A stretch of 64,000 bases of DNA from Octopus vulgaris (GCA_951406725.2 OX597822.1:32488001-32552000), one strand, 5' to 3'. Positions 1 to 16,138 are shown, numbered from the stretch's first letter. Numbers and translations: made by a program. The notes: generated from the sequence alone by a model not told the origin.

Positions 1-253
1 CGTCCTCGCTTTGTATTTTTTTGTGCTTTCATGTTTGGATTAACTTTATATGCATATGTATATATATGTATGTATAAGCATATATGTATATATATGTATG
101 TATATGCATATATGTATGTATATGCATATATATATATATATATATGTATATATATGTATTAATTTATGTATATATATATATATGTATGTATATACGTATA
201 TTTATATAGATATGTATATATGTATATATATATCTGTATGCATGTATATATAT

Positions 254-310
<57 letters not shown>

Positions 311-1147
311 TTGATAAATAGATAGATAGATAAATAAATATATATATATACGTAAGTGTTCGTGTTTTGATGTGTGTGTGCCTATGTCTTGTGCGCATGT
401 CATTTGTGTGGTGTGTCTCTATGTGGATGTGTGTGAGGTTTGTGTGATTGTGTCCGTCGGAATCTCTATTTATTTTCCCTTTCGTAAACTTGCGCCCATT
501 TGCATCTGTGTATTTCGAGCTGCAACGAACCATTTCGATAAATTGATTACGATAAAATGACCAAAATATATCTACACGATCCACGAAAATCTATGAAAGC
601 AATTTCCCATCATGGCTGAAGTCTAATAACTGAAGTTAGTAAATCGTTGAGAAAACATGAAAGACGATTCATTAACAATCCTTTATAAAGTAGAAATGAT
701 TGTAGTTATTAATATGTACCATATATGCAATTGAGTCAGTGTTTATATGAGGCTAGTTTAGGGCTATTTTATGAAGCCTAAAATAGTAGGGAATAGTTTT
801 CGGTTGAATGGGAAGCGAATTTTCTTGTTTAATCAATTGCTACTTTTATAATTGATATCTTTGTAGTCATAAGTTTTCCGTGATTGTCAGAACCAGTATC
901 CAAAGACATTCGCAGCAATACTTTATACTTTTCGTTTCAGGAAAAATTAGTAATGGACCTTTTACGTACTGTCAACTCCTTTATTTTGAAAACTCAATAA
1001 CTCTATTTGAAATACATTGAAAGTATAAACTCAGATGTTCTATAAACATAATTTATATCATCGTGGTTTACATCTATAATGAATTACGTTGAATCGTGGC
1101 GTTTCCCTCTTTTACAACGATAGTGTGATTAAAATTTGCTTTACCTC

Positions 1148-1554
1148 TCTTTACTCTTTCTCTTTTACTTGTTTCAGTCATTTGACTGCGCCCATGCTGG
1201 AGCACCGCCTTTAGTCGAGCAAATCGACCCCAAGATTTATATTTTGCAAGCCCAGTACTTATTCTATCGGGCTCTTTTACCGAACCGCTAAGTGACGGGG
1301 ACGTAAACACACCAGCATCGGTTGTCAAGCAATGCTAGGGGGACAAACACAAACACATACACACACATATATATATATATATACATATATACGACAGGCT
1401 CCTGTCAGTTTCCGCCTACAAAATCCACTCATAAGGCATTGGTCGGCCCGGGGCTATAGCAGAAGACACTTACCCAAGTTGCCACGCAGTGGGACTGAAC
1501 CCGGAACCATGAGGTTGGTTAGCAAGCTACTTACCACACAGCCACTCCTGCGCC
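1148..1554 (-). mobile_element. tRNA-derived SINE, family A (CORE-like), full length with internal (TA/CA)n
   Basis: Head GGCGCAGGAGTGGCTGTGTGGTAAG with B-box-like GGTTCAGTCC, then TTGGG(C/T)AAGTGTCTTC and a GTAAAAGAG-type tail; near-identical copies at 28042, 35543 and 40553. Confidence 0.9.
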
Positions 1555-2050
1555 TATTGAATCTTATCCTAATATTTTTTTAGCATGTTGAGTAGGAACT
1601 GGGGGGCTTTTATTTCATATTGCAATCAGGTCGTGCGTTAAGAAGTATCTCACCTTACCATCATTCATATATTTCCTCCCGGTAATCAAATATATACGTT
1701 CTTCAATTATATAAGATAAACAATATATTCTAGACTTGAAAAAAATTAACATTAAACTTTTTATACTACAAATCTCAGTATTGATTTCGTTTGTCTATGC
1801 AATAGACCGAATAAAATAAAGAACAAATTCGGTGAACTAAATCGATCCTCGTATATCATTGATGCTTATTCTATCGACCAGAGAAAGTGAGTAGACAATG
1901 CTTAGACTTGTGGAATTTGAATTTAATTCATAGATAGATGAAGGTAAATACACCGAAGAGTGCTGGGGCGGAATCGAAGACAGACATACACTTACACACA
2001 CACACACATACCCACCCTCACGTACACACACACAAAAACACTCTCTTTCT

Positions 2051-2091
<41 letters not shown>

Positions 2092-5000
2092 GGCGAATTT
2101 CGGATTTAAATTAAAAACAGCATTTGTGCCAGCAGCTATAGAGGAATTAGCATTATTACTTTCTATCATCATCATCGTCACCATTATCATCATTGTTACT
2201 ACTACTACTTTTACTTCATTATTAATTCTACCAAAATCAGACGAGCTTAATTTTGACTTGGTAATTTTGGTTTATTAAGTGTGGTTTAAATGTGGAACAG
2301 ATTCCACTCGCATTTGAATATTACAAAATGAAGGCATTTATTAACTGCTTTCCTTTTTCTGTTTTTGACAGAAGAATTCTCATTTTTAGAATATCTTATT
2401 TTGATTTGCTCGCTTAATTCCTGTCCTACTTTGATGATATGGTGACAAAACTGCTACAATGTTCGTGTGTCATCTCAACGAACAAAATACGTCTGGGTAC
2501 GCAAAGCACAGCATTCGAACGAAAAGTATTTTAAATAAATATATGAAATTAAAAATAAAAATATAAAAAAGCTAACCGTACATCTCAGTTTTCCGATAGA
2601 AATGAAGGGTTACTTGAAAATGCACCCAAATTAAGAATAACTCAAACGACGATAGTAACGCATAGTTTTGTATACGTGCGTTTGTAAACGTCGCTTCAAA
2701 GAGAAAGATGGCAAAAGGATTTTGAGAAAAAAATGTAAAACAAATGTATTTTCTCTTAGGGCGATAATGATGAACATTTACATAGTTATACCTCACAGAA
2801 AGTGTTGTATAACTTCGTGAGACCTTCAAAAGTAAATCTAAATGTTGACTAACCGGTGTATAGAAGAGTACTTGGTCTTTTCAAATAGATAATGTGTTTG
2901 CTACGGTCTGCTAACATATCAGTTGTGAATATGAGAAATGGGTAACAACTCTAATAGTAAGATCCATACTCGTCCAACAATATATGCCATAGCTCATACG
3001 TCACGAAACACAGAGTCCATAGCTAGAGGCATAAAAAGTGGGAATTTGTTACTTTTATAGCACAGCAGGGAGACATGTGATCTGATAGTGTTAGTAAGGA
3101 CTTGTAAATTCTTATGAACAGACACTATTACAATATTATTGCAGAACGTGACTTTATTGGTTTCCACAATTATAATACCAACGAAAACACGTTCAAATCT
3201 CAATCAGAAGTAGAATAAGTGCTACATCGTATTGTTAGGTCTCACGCAAACCGACTACGCACAGGTTGTACTGTCTTACTATCTAGCAAGTTCTACAACT
3301 CTCTTAATTTCGTCACGCATAAACATGCACACGCACATACACACACACAGACTCACACACACACACACACAAATATACCACACTCACATACACACACATT
3401 CATATACACACCGATACGATCACATATGTACATAAATACACACACATATACATATGTGTGTTTTGTGTGTGCAAATAGTTTTATCGTAAAATCATTGATT
3501 GTCTCAGAGTTATTTTTATCGAATCGATCTTAATTGCTACTAAGTCCTTTGCATATATTCCGTTGCTTCGTTGCGGATGAAAACATTTATTCTAATTATA
3601 TGCGAAGATTTTTTTATCTTTTTTCCCCTAAAAAATAAAATTTAGTTACGCTGACATATTACCAAACTTAGATTACTATCTGAAGTAAAATAAAAATAAT
3701 TTGACAGTGCCTTTTTCTATGTTGTTTAAAAGTCATTATATATATTCTAAAATTATGTAACAAAATGATATCCATGGATTTTATTATATAATTTTGGCGT
3801 CCAGTTTAAAATCCATTCTATTGATTGTATTGATTATAAATGTATAGTAAACTTTTCTCTGAAAGTCCAATGTGCTTTGGATACACTGTAGTTTTACAAA
3901 ATTTATGGCGGAAATTTTTTATATTGATTTAAACTTTGAACTAAGTAGTTCCTCTCAAACATTATTAAAATTTGATAAATATAATTCCCTAATGCCATCG
4001 TTCATTGAACCAATTTAGCATTGGTGAGACTAAGTTTATTGTATATGTCAGAAGCTTCCAACAAGTGGACAATACCCAATCGGTTTCATTTCTATTTAAA
4101 ACACATTTATGTCTAAAATACCCTTTTAAAACAGAACAGACAATTCATTATCGACACGATCTCTCAGAGTGCTATAAATATATAAATATCTGCCCGTGTT
4201 TCCTCACATCACACATTACTATCTTATATATTGGAGGCACACATTCAATAAAGAAGACCTGCATAACCCTAAACAGAGTTTAAGCCTATGGATAATTGTC
4301 AACAATTTAAATGAAAGCTCACGTCCCGCGTTCACTTCAAAAGGAAAGCTAAATAATCACAAATGCAAAGGACCAAGGCTACTTTTTATCACATGATACT
4401 GCATTCAGTGCTCAAAACGCATAGGAGTATTGTCTGTCTTTTTTAATCATTCTGCTCAAGATAATTATTTATTAAATTATATTGAGTTTTAAGCTAGATA
4501 AACATGAATATGTAATAATAATTCCAATTTTAAAATAAAATATACATTTAAAACTATAAAATTATAGAATTCAATATGTAAAAATGCAACACGCGCGAAT
4601 AGAAGGGTAGTTATTTTTTACCTTTATTCGGACGATGAAAGCAATCATTATCAAATACAGACCCTTCAAGAATGTTGTGATAGATCTGTGATTGGTACTC
4701 TCAAATCTGGAGACGTATCCAGAATCTTTGCAAAAGTGGAAACTGCTAAGAGCATTCATGATTCAAAGCGATGGTGACAAAACGTTTGACAGATGTAGTG
4801 CAAGTTTTAATAAATTCGATTGTGAGTTTGTTATAAAGATTGTAATTATACGGTAATGAGAACACGATAGTCAATATTGGTTCAAGCCTTAATTATTTTT
4901 AGCCACGTAACGAGGAAGGAGAAATAACTCCAGATATGTTTTGGCCTTATTAGTCACTTTCACTAAAGCATAGACTTCATGTCTTCAACATATTTGCCGA

Positions 5001-5792
5001 AAGATTTTTGAATAGTTGTAGAATGTTGAACATAGACGTGTAAAATAGCATTCTTAAAAACATAAGAAATACCTTGAGGGAATAATTCAAGAAAATTATG
5101 TTGAATGCCTCCGTAAGGGCGTTGTTGGAATAATATAAATAAGGTGAATTTTTTCAACAACGATAATAGTTAGAAATAATTGTTTAATACTAGGAAAAGT
5201 CTAGATTTAAGTTAGGGAAATAATGTTGGTATTATGAATCTCATTAACTACATTAACTACATTTTTGGAATAATGTATAATTAATTATATATTATAGTTA
5301 GAAAAAGAATTTTATTATGAGAGATAACTAAATAAATATTTAGGAAAATGCGAAACTTTAATATTCATTAAGTACGCGTTATTTCCCAAACAGGAATTAC
5401 GTAAATAAAAATGATTAATCCAACCTTAATGTTAGCAGTGACCTCCTGTGTAGAAAGTCATATTTATATACTAATTACAATATAATTTGCTGAGTTTATT
5501 TTCTGCATAAATGATTTAGTTTTTTGACAATATAGAGTGTTAGAACTAAAGGTGGTAAATGCGTCAAGAAATATATGTTCTCTTCTCAAATTTAGTTGCA
5601 ACAAAATAAATTGTATAACGTTGCGTTAGGATTGTTTTATAAATCAAATACTGAATACACTAATGAACTACAAAATCACAAACACCACAAACTTAAAAAC
5701 GACCGGAACTCAAATGATTTAGAGACATCGAAATTATTTTTGACACATACAATATACACAAATTTGCATATTTGGAAATATGTACCCAATAC

Positions 5793-5843
<51 letters not shown>

Positions 5844-5883
5844 GTATATATATATATAAATACATATATATATATATAAATGC

Positions 5884-5916
<33 letters not shown>

Positions 5917-5963
5917 AATGCATATATATATATATATAAATGCATATATATATATATATATGA

Positions 5964-6019
<56 letters not shown>

Positions 6020-6027
<8 letters not shown>

Positions 6028-6970
6028 CTGAGAATGTGTGTGTGTCTGTCTGTCTGTGTGTTTTCTAAAACCTAAGAACTACACAAACAAATTCATTCAA
6101 ATTTTACACATGCCTTACTTAGGGTCCATGTAGTTTCGTGGGCAAAGAAAATGTTCAGCTTCTTGCCTAGAGCGAGCCTATAGCAATATCATATCTTCTC
6201 CACTATTTCAGTATTACGTGTTAAAAGTGAAACAAAAATATTTCTCTATTTTATGTCAGATATTTTCACTTTAACAATAAAAATAATAATAATAATTGAA
6301 TTATATGTAGTAAGTTATAATTAAAATCAAACTAAAGTATAATATTATCGTAACATAACAAAAGTAAAAATATAGCAATTGGTATAAAATTGCATCAATG
6401 ACTTGAACTTGAATCAGTGGTTTCACATGAATGGGAATAAATAAAATATAAAATTCAAGTGCAGAAATGGAATAGCCCAGATGGAGATGTGCACGGCTTT
6501 TACATTAGATTATTTGCTAATTAGCTAGCATTAAGCATTCTACTGAGTACCGCTGTTAGTTTATTTCTGATCCATAAAGGCCTATAGCTTCAGCAGAGTA
6601 CTGCTTTTTGGTTTACCTTAAGGTTTATTATTATCATTATTTCTGTTTAACTATTGTTATCACGTTTGTTGGTCCCTCGTAAGGGAATCGTTGTTGTGTT
6701 GCATTTGTTAAATAATTGTAAACCGTAACCCTACCCCTTTGGGAGAAAGAGCTTTGGTTATTGTTTAAAAATTGAATTGTGTCCCTGTTTGGGGAAATTG
6801 ACAATATTTTCACTGTTTACACGGAAGTATTTTTGTTCAAATGTCTTCGATAGAAGAAAGTCCAAACATGAATTACGCTGCAGCTGTCGGATTGTAGCCA
6901 CACTTCTATACAAGAGGGAGGACAAGATACAATTCATCGAAATTACAAGAGACGGGCTAACAAATCCAGT
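6020..6970 (+). mobile_element. Degenerate Helitron with Pif1-helicase remnant
   Basis: Start TATATAACTGAGAATGTGTG-TCTGTC resembles the 9276 Helitron start. 6780-6950 reads, with frameshifts, SCRIVATLL..QEGRTRYNSSKL, similar to the RepHel motif SSGIAATLLxGGRTAHSxFKL. Possible 3' end at CGGG..CCAGT near 6970. Confidence 0.5.
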
Positions 6971-7098
6971 CTGTTATATATTTTGAGTATTGTTATCACT
7001 AGCGATATCAAGATATAACTTTGTATTTTATGTGTAGATGTATATATGTAGATGTACATGTAATATGTACACATATATATATACACATATATATATGC

Positions 7099-7139
7099 AC
7101 TAGCACTATGACCCGGCAACGACGGGTCTTTAATGCTAG

Positions 7140-7140
<1 letters not shown>
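7099..7140. repeat. 42-bp hairpin resembling two opposed Helitron 3' ends
   Basis: ACTAGCACTATGACCCG-GCAACGA-CGGGTCTTTAATGCTAGT: CTAG-T end on both strands around a GC hairpin. Confidence 0.55.
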
Positions 7141-7211
<71 letters not shown>

Positions 7212-7224
7212 TACATATATAAAA

Positions 7225-7296
<72 letters not shown>

Positions 7297-7299
<3 letters not shown>

Positions 7300-8669
7300 A
7301 GGATAGCTGACTTCCTGGAGACCCACAAACTCCTAAATGCAAATCAGCATGGCTTTCGCTGTAACAGGGACTGTCTAACACAGTTCTTACACCACATTGA
7401 AGATGTACTCAAAGCCTTGGGAATAGGTTCGAATTCTGATGTCATATATCAGTAAAGCGTTCGACAGGGTAGACCATGATATCCTACTCTCAAAATTGGC
7501 AAATGTTGGAATCCGTGGAAAAGTTCTACACTGGATTAATTATTTCCTGACGAATAGAACATATTGTAGTTGATGAAGTCCAATCAAGCCCAGCAAAAGT
7601 CACCAGCGGTGTCCCCCAGGGGACTGTCTTGGGTCCGCTAATCTTCATAATTTACATAAACGAAATTTCCAGTGTCGAACATTACTGCAAAGTGAAAATA
7701 TTTGCTGATGACACTAAGCTCCAGCAAATCGTCAATGAAGAAGCAGAGCGAACTCAACTCCAGTCTGATCTATATGGCTGTGAGTCAATGGGCAGACAGA
7801 AACAAAATGCAACTGAATGAGGGAAAATTTGAGCTGATGCATTTTGGAAGAAATTCCTCACTAAAACAGCCATACTCTCTTCCTTCAGGGGAACCGCTCA
7901 CATCCTCTAACAATATCAGAGACCTGGGTGTAATTGTTGATGACGATTTCAGTTGGAGTGCACACATCAACAAGAAGGTTCCTGGATCTTAAGAACTTCC
8001 CGGTCCAGAGAACAAGGTGTCATCATATCACTTTTCTCCTCCTTTGTACGGCCACACCTTGAATACTGCTGCCCACCGTGGTCTCTCCATACAAGACAAA
8101 ACATCTGGAGCATTGAATTACCCCAGAGGGCACTCACTCACTAAACAAATTGAAGGCATGGCTGCTCTCGATTATTGGGTTCGCCTTAAAGCCTTGAAAC
8201 TCTACTCTCTCCAGCGTCGCCGTGAGCGGTACATCATTTGTACGATGTGGAGAATATACCGCCAAATTTGCCCAAACGACCTGAACATTAGCTTCAAAGT
8301 TCATCCAAGACTGGGACCGCGGGCCATACGTCCCCTACCCAATTCAAGATCACGGCATACATGTACACTGCAGCATAATTTCTTTTACTCAACAGGCCCT
8401 GCCCTATTTAATATTGTCCCGAAAGAGATCAAAGAGGAAAATGATCCCATCAACTTTAAACGGAGTCTGGATAAATTCATTCAAGGAATACCAGATAAGC
8501 CAACCATAATTGGATACAACTCACCCAACAAAAACTCACTACTTAAATGGACCATAAACAAAACTTGACTTAAACAGGATTCAAATAATCCTATCAGGTG
8601 GTGCTATTAAGTTAGACATGGTCTGGACCAATCCTTGGTCGAAACATATCTAAGTTTTATCTAAGTTTT
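7297..8669 (+). mobile_element. 5'-truncated CR1-group LINE (RT pseudogene plus 3' UTR)
   Basis: QHGFR, SDVIY..KAFDRVDH, SGVPQGTVLGPLIF, FADDTK, RPHLEY, LKLYSLQRRRERY in shifting frames; tandem TCTAAGTTT tail; flanked by (TA)n. Confidence 0.92.
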
Positions 8670-9275
<606 letters not shown>

Positions 9276-9668
9276 TCTTTATATATAAAAGAGAGGTTGT
9301 GTGTTGTCTGTCCCCTATGATTTAGATTCCTAACTACTCCCACATTTTGCGGTGCAGTTTAACCAAAACCGGGTAACTTATAGTCGTGATTCATATCGAG
9401 CCCTTCTGGGTATTAGCGTGCGCGCCTACGATGAGTCTAAGATTTAAAAAAAAAATTACCATCATTTTTTCCCATTTTTAATGCATTTTTGGCATATATA
9501 AGGGAAGTAGCTCTCTAAAAATGTATTATTAAATCTCAGAACGTAAAAAGCTACAGTAACCACCCCCTTTGTGGTTAGCCATTTGTGGCTATTATAGTTT
9601 ACATCTCTAAAAATGCTTATATAGCTATTTCCCTTACAAACCCGAGCAACGCCGGACGATACTGCTAG
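9276..9668 (+). mobile_element. Complete non-autonomous Helitron (393 bp)
   Basis: A|TC 5' end (TCTTTATATATAAAAGAG), subterminal hairpin CCCGAGCAACGCCGG, CTAG|T 3' end, no TSD. Confidence 0.85.
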
Positions 9669-9896
9669 TATATATATATACAAATATATATATGCATATA
9701 TATATATATATACATACGTATATGTACATACATCTATACGCATATATATATATATATATGCATATATACATACGTATATGTACATACATCTATACACATA
9801 TATATATATGCATGTATATATATATATATATATATATATAAATGTATATATATGCATATATACATACGTATATTTACATACTTACATCTATACGCG

Positions 9897-11813
9897 TCTA
9901 TGCTGATGCACCGCCGTTTTGTGCTACACTGTTATTACGACGAACCTTGTCTAATATGTGGCACTTGGTTTGATATAGCTACTCTCATTTGCACCTCCTG
10001 CCGTGAGGTAGGTTCATCTGGACTCTTGACAAGAAAATGTCCACCTTTGATTTAAAAACCGCTACATCTACTTTGTGCAAGTTACTCAGACTCTTTGGGA
10101 GAATATTAAAAAGCTGTGGGCCCTTGAAACCCAGGCTGTTGCAGAAGCTGGTTCTGAAGCGTGATGGCTTTGCTGGGATCTTTAGCACTATGCTGTGTCG
10201 TCCCGTTCTAGCATTGGTTTAGCTTACAATGCCAAAATTTGGCACAATTCCTTACAGGATCTTCCAGACATATATTACTGCATACCTCTCCCATCTTAGC
10301 TGTTTCAACCTTTCACAGTAGCTGAGCTGTTGCAAAGAGATGATCTTCTTTGTAAATCTTCTCTGATTTGCTTCAAGGTCCGCTGATAATTTTACACTGG
10401 TTTCCTTATCTCTGGTTCTGAATGTTCTTAGGATCCACCCAGCCAGTCGTCTGCACTTTTCGCCATCCTGGTAATGTGCACTTGGAAAGAGGTATCATCA
10501 CTCATGTCGATACCCAGGTCCCTCACAGACTTAGGCTGTGGGATTGAAATTCCCTGTGCACCGGTGTATCCTGTAAGTTTAATATTCAGTTTTGGATGCT
10601 GGTTGCGCAGGGCCTGGAATTTTTCAGCATTAAACTGCATATTATTATCCTCAGCCCATCTGTAGATTGAGTCCAACTCCTGCTGCAGGTGTGCAACATC
10701 ACTGGGGTTCTGTATTTTATGCGAGACTTTCGCATCATCTGCATAGCTGGCCAGAGTGGTTATCTGGGCATTTGAGGGCAAATCTGAGAGGGTCACTATG
10801 AAAAGCAGTGGTCCCAAGACAGTGCCGTGTGGAACACCGCTCACTATTTGTATGTTCATAGAGGTGGCTCCATTAACCACTACTGCCTAACTCCTATCTT
10901 TCAGGAAGTCATGCAACCACACTCCAAGTTTTCCAGCTATGCCGAGGTCACGCAGTTTGTGGCATATCATACCAGGGTCCACCTCGTCAAAAGCTTTTGC
11001 AAAATCAAGGTAGATTACGTCCACATTTGATTTGTTGAGTAACTGCCTCAACTCCCAGTCATAATGCTGTAAGAGCTGGGTCAGGAAGCTCCTACCTGGT
11101 CGAAAACCATGCTGGGTATCGCTCAGCAAGTTATTTTCCTCAAGGAATGCGATTAGTTTCTTTCTGACTATCCGTTCCATGACTTTGCTGATGTGTGAAG
11201 TCAGAGAGATAGGCCTATAGTTTTTGGCATCTGCTCTACTTCCCCTTTATGTATTGGGCATATTATTCCCTCCTTCAACTTGCTTGGCAGTTTGTCATTC
11301 GCAAGAAAGCTCTGGAAGAGAATCTTGAGGGGTTTTGCTAGGGCATGTTTACACGCTTTGAGGAGGATGGCTGGGAAACCATCTGGACCAGCAGCTGAGT
11401 TTGTGTCCACTTCATCTATGGCTAGTAGGACATCTTTTTCGCTAATGTCAATAAATTCTATTGTAACCGCCTCGTTGGTTATAGTTGAGGCGGCAAAGAA
11501 GTTCACTGGTTCGTTCACTTGTCTGTGTTCCCACGGTGTGGTAAAGACAATTTTGAACAGGTCGTTCAGCATCTCACTGATCTTAGTTGGACTGTCTGTG
11601 AGGGAGCCATCCTTTTGGATGAGGGGTCCTATCTTGTAGTGCACTGAGACTGTCTCTTTCGCGTAATAGAAAGAAGGCCTTTGGGTTTGATTTAATGTTT
11701 TTTATAACCCATGCTTCTTTGTCTGCTTTCTCCTTCACATAGGATTATTACAGCCTTTTTTCGATCTCCATCAGTGTTGTTTTTAGGCGAGACGTTTCGC
11801 TACTTTTGGGACA
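9897..11813 (-). mobile_element. 5'-truncated CR1-group LINE (RT pseudogene)
   Basis: SAAGPDGFPAILLK, QHGFRPGRS, DVIYLDFAKAFD, VSGVPHGTVLGPLLF, YADD, SVRDLGI, GPQLFNILP in ORFs 11201-11644, 10887-11180, 10428-10880 and 9985-10188. Confidence 0.93.
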
Positions 11814-11814
11814 A

Positions 11815-11960
<146 letters not shown>

Positions 11961-12140
11961 TATAATAAATATTAGGGAATAAATCCAAATTTACAGGGAA
12001 AAAAATCAGATTTAGGATTAAATCCAATTTTATAGTAAAATATTATATAATATTATTAGAGACAAAACCACTATTTTGCAAAACAAACAAGGAAAGACTT
12101 AATCAATACATAAAATTTTAATAAAAAGTCAAACAAACCG

Positions 12141-12183
12141 CCACTACAATTGTTTCTTGTCTTGATCGACAATCTTCAGGTGG
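12141..12183 (-). ncRNA. Type I minimal hammerhead ribozyme (mirror copy)
   Basis: Exact reverse complement of 12230-12272. Confidence 0.85.
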
Positions 12184-12229
12184 ACTTCCAATAAGTCAGT
12201 TTCAAATTTGAAACTGACTTATTGGAAGT

Positions 12230-12272
12230 CCACCTGAAGATTGTCGATCAAGACAAGAAACAATTGTAGTGG
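12230..12272 (+). ncRNA. Type I minimal hammerhead ribozyme
   Basis: CCAC-CUGAAGA-UUGUC(GAUCAA)GACAA-GAAA-CAAUUG-UA-GUGG; palindromic stem III; predicted cleavage after GUA at 12268. Confidence 0.87.
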
Positions 12273-12363
12273 CGGTTTGTTTGACTTTTTATTAAAATTT
12301 TATGTATTGATTAAGTCTTTCCTTGTTTGTTTTGCAAAATAGTGGTTTTGTCTCTAATAATAT

Positions 12364-12482
<119 letters not shown>

Positions 12483-12483
12483 T

Positions 12484-12521
<38 letters not shown>

Positions 12522-12544
12522 TATAGATATTTATTTATATTTAC

Positions 12545-12598
<54 letters not shown>

Positions 12599-12637
12599 TT
12601 ATTTATATTTATATTTCCATAAATATATATATATTTC

Positions 12638-12673
<36 letters not shown>

Positions 12674-12756
12674 GGTCCCGGGTTGATTCGGGGTTAACCA
12701 CAGTAAGTAAGGTACTCAATACATAGCAGAGTAAAATTAATTTATTATATAGAAGG

Positions 12757-12807
12757 AGCTTCTACAGGACTAGTACTGTTTCATTCAAGAGAAATCTTCA
12801 GGAAGCT
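12757..12807 (-). ncRNA. Type I hammerhead ribozyme (mirror copy)
   Basis: Reverse complement of 15577-15627. Confidence 0.78.
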
Positions 12808-13191
12808 ATTTAACAAGAATTGTATTAGCATTTATACATTTAGGCAGGTTTAAAGGAGTGGTGGTGGGGGACTTTTTGGGGGTAGGCATAGCGCAAAATA
12901 TCATACTTGGGGGAGTGGTCAAGGAGTCAGTGGTAAGTTAGATGAAAGAATAGATACATAAAAAAATAAAAAAATAAAAAATAAAAAAATAAAATAAAAA
13001 AATAAAAAATATAAAAAATATAAAAAATATAAAAAATATATATAAAAAATATATATATAAAATATATATATAAAAAAATATATATATAAAAAAGGGGGGA
13101 TAGAGTTATAGGTAAATAAGGAGATTCTCACTTATACCTATACACACATGTATACGTATCTACACACACATACATACATACACATATATCT

Positions 13192-13238
<47 letters not shown>

Positions 13239-14116
13239 CATATGTACACACATACATACATATCTACATACACACATACATACACCCGCCCACATATACA
13301 AATTTATACACATGCACATGCCTATACCTGTCTACACATACACACACGTATATATGCATACACTCACTCCCATGCATGCACGCATACACACATGTATATA
13401 TATATATATATATACCCACGACCACACATACATATATACACATAAAAAAATATATATTCATACGCACATACACTCATGCACACACAACACACCTAGTTCC
13501 CTATATACACATATTTACACCTATATATACATACACCCACATACACCTATGTACACATATATATATATAAACATATACACGCATACATATATATACATGT
13601 GTGCACATACATACATACACACATATATACATACACATACACATACACATGTGTACCTATACATACCTACACATACACACATACATACATACAAATATAC
13701 ATATACATATATATATATACAATCCAATACAGGCCCATTCCCTAATTTTAATTTTATTATCTTCATTTATTACTTTTGTTATCTTTGATCGCTAGGGCTA
13801 AGAATCCTGGCAATGGCTGCATGTCCATTTGTCTGTCTACTAGAAGGCAAGTACTCATTCCCGCACGCACACTCATTAGCACGTACATTCACCCATTCGT
13901 ACACTCATACACATACACGTACGCACGCGTTATATTCATACATACAAACATCTACATACGTTCACGTATATACACATACGTACTCGTACCTACAGATTCG
14001 TGTCTACACTTTAGGAGGCTAGTCTATACATATACACCAATAAATATACATATATATATATATACCCGCATATACATACACACACACACATATATACTCC
14101 TACATACAGATACATA

Positions 14117-14180
<64 letters not shown>

Positions 14181-14362
14181 CACATACACACATACACATA
14201 TATATACACACACATACATACACATATATATACATACACAAACATATATACACACATATATATATACATACACACATACACACATACATACGTATACATA
14301 CATACATACATCCATACATCCATACTTACATGCATTTATACGCATACACACACCCATCTATA

Positions 14363-14399
<37 letters not shown>

Positions 14400-14676
14400 T
14401 CACACATACATATACAAATCTACGCACACACATACATACATACACGTATACGCATACACGCACATACACATATACATGCGTACCCATACACGTGCACACA
14501 CGCACGCGCATCCATATATATACACACACACACATATATATACACGTGTGCAAGCATACATACATACTCATACGCGCACACATACTTACAAATACATATA
14601 TGCACACACTTACACACATATATATACATACACATATACATGCATACATACATATATGCATACATACACACACGCA

Positions 14677-14720
<44 letters not shown>

Positions 14721-14783
14721 TATATACATATATAGATATATATACACATACATACACATACACATACATACACACATATACAC

Positions 14784-14818
<35 letters not shown>

Positions 14819-15320
14819 TACATATATACACATATACATACATATACATACACACACACATACATATATACATATACACTGATACACATACCCATACATA
14901 CACATGCATATACTTATATCACTACATACTCACATATATAAACATATATACATATACACACATACATATATACATGTACATACACATACGTATGCATATA
15001 TATATATATACATATATATACACATATATATATATATACATACATACACACACACACACACATACATATACACATATACATGTATACATACGCAAAAATG
15101 ATACACATATATACACATACACACACACAGACAGATGCATATACATACATATATATATATAAACTACATATCTATATAAATACATACATAATACACACAT
15201 ACACACACATATATATACATTCATGCATATACATATACAAGTATACATACACATACATACACACACACGCGCACACATACATATACACACACACATATAC
15301 AAATACATACATACACACAT

Positions 15321-15355
<35 letters not shown>

Positions 15356-15576
15356 CATACATATATATATTTATATTTTTAATTTTTTTATTTTATTTTT
15401 TTATTTTTTTTTTTTTTTTTTTTTATTTATCTATTCTTTCATCTAACTTACCACTGACTCCTTGACCACTCCCCCAAGTATGATATTTTGCGCTATGCCT
15501 ACCCCCAAAAAGTCCCCCACCACCACTCCTTTAAACCTGCCTAAATGTATAAATGCTAATACAATTCTTGTTAAAT

Positions 15577-15627
15577 AGCTTCCTGAAGATTTCTCTTGAA
15601 TGAAACAGTACTAGTCCTGTAGAAGCT
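15577..15627 (+). ncRNA. Type I hammerhead ribozyme
   Basis: AGCUUC-CUGAAGA-U UUC(UCUU)GAA U-GAAA-CAG(UACUAGUC)CUG-UA-GAAGCU; 6-bp stem I; GUA site at 15619-15621. Confidence 0.8.
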
Positions 15628-15640
15628 CCTTCTATATAAT

Positions 15641-15765
<125 letters not shown>

Positions 15766-15767
15766 TT

Positions 15768-16130
15768 AAAAAAGGAGATGTGGAACACGAGTTGTGATAT
15801 ATAAAAAAAGGAAATGAAGAAAATGCTGACAAAATAATTAAAGTAAGGGAGAGTGTATTTAATTAGGTGAAAGTTCTTTTTACCGATTGCGCATTTGTTA
15901 TGCTTATCAAAAGATATTTTTTAAAGGGAGATAGAGTTCCGTTCTGATAGATTTTTTTCTTATCTGTACAGATAAGAGAAAAAAATCTATCAGAACGGAA
16001 CTCTATCTCTTTAAAAAATATCTTTTGATAAGCATATCAAATGCGCAACCGGTAAAAATGACTTTCACCTAATTAAATACACTCTCCCTAACTTAAATTA
16101 TTTTGTCAGCATTTTTTCTTTTTTTATATA
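15768..16130. mobile_element. Foldback with decayed hammerhead-like motif in both arms
   Basis: Centre TGTACA at 15965-15970, ~160-bp imperfect arms; UUGAUAA-GCAU(AUCAA)AUGC-GCAA-CCGG-UA at 16025-16054. Confidence 0.72.
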
Positions 16131-16138
16131 TTTATATA

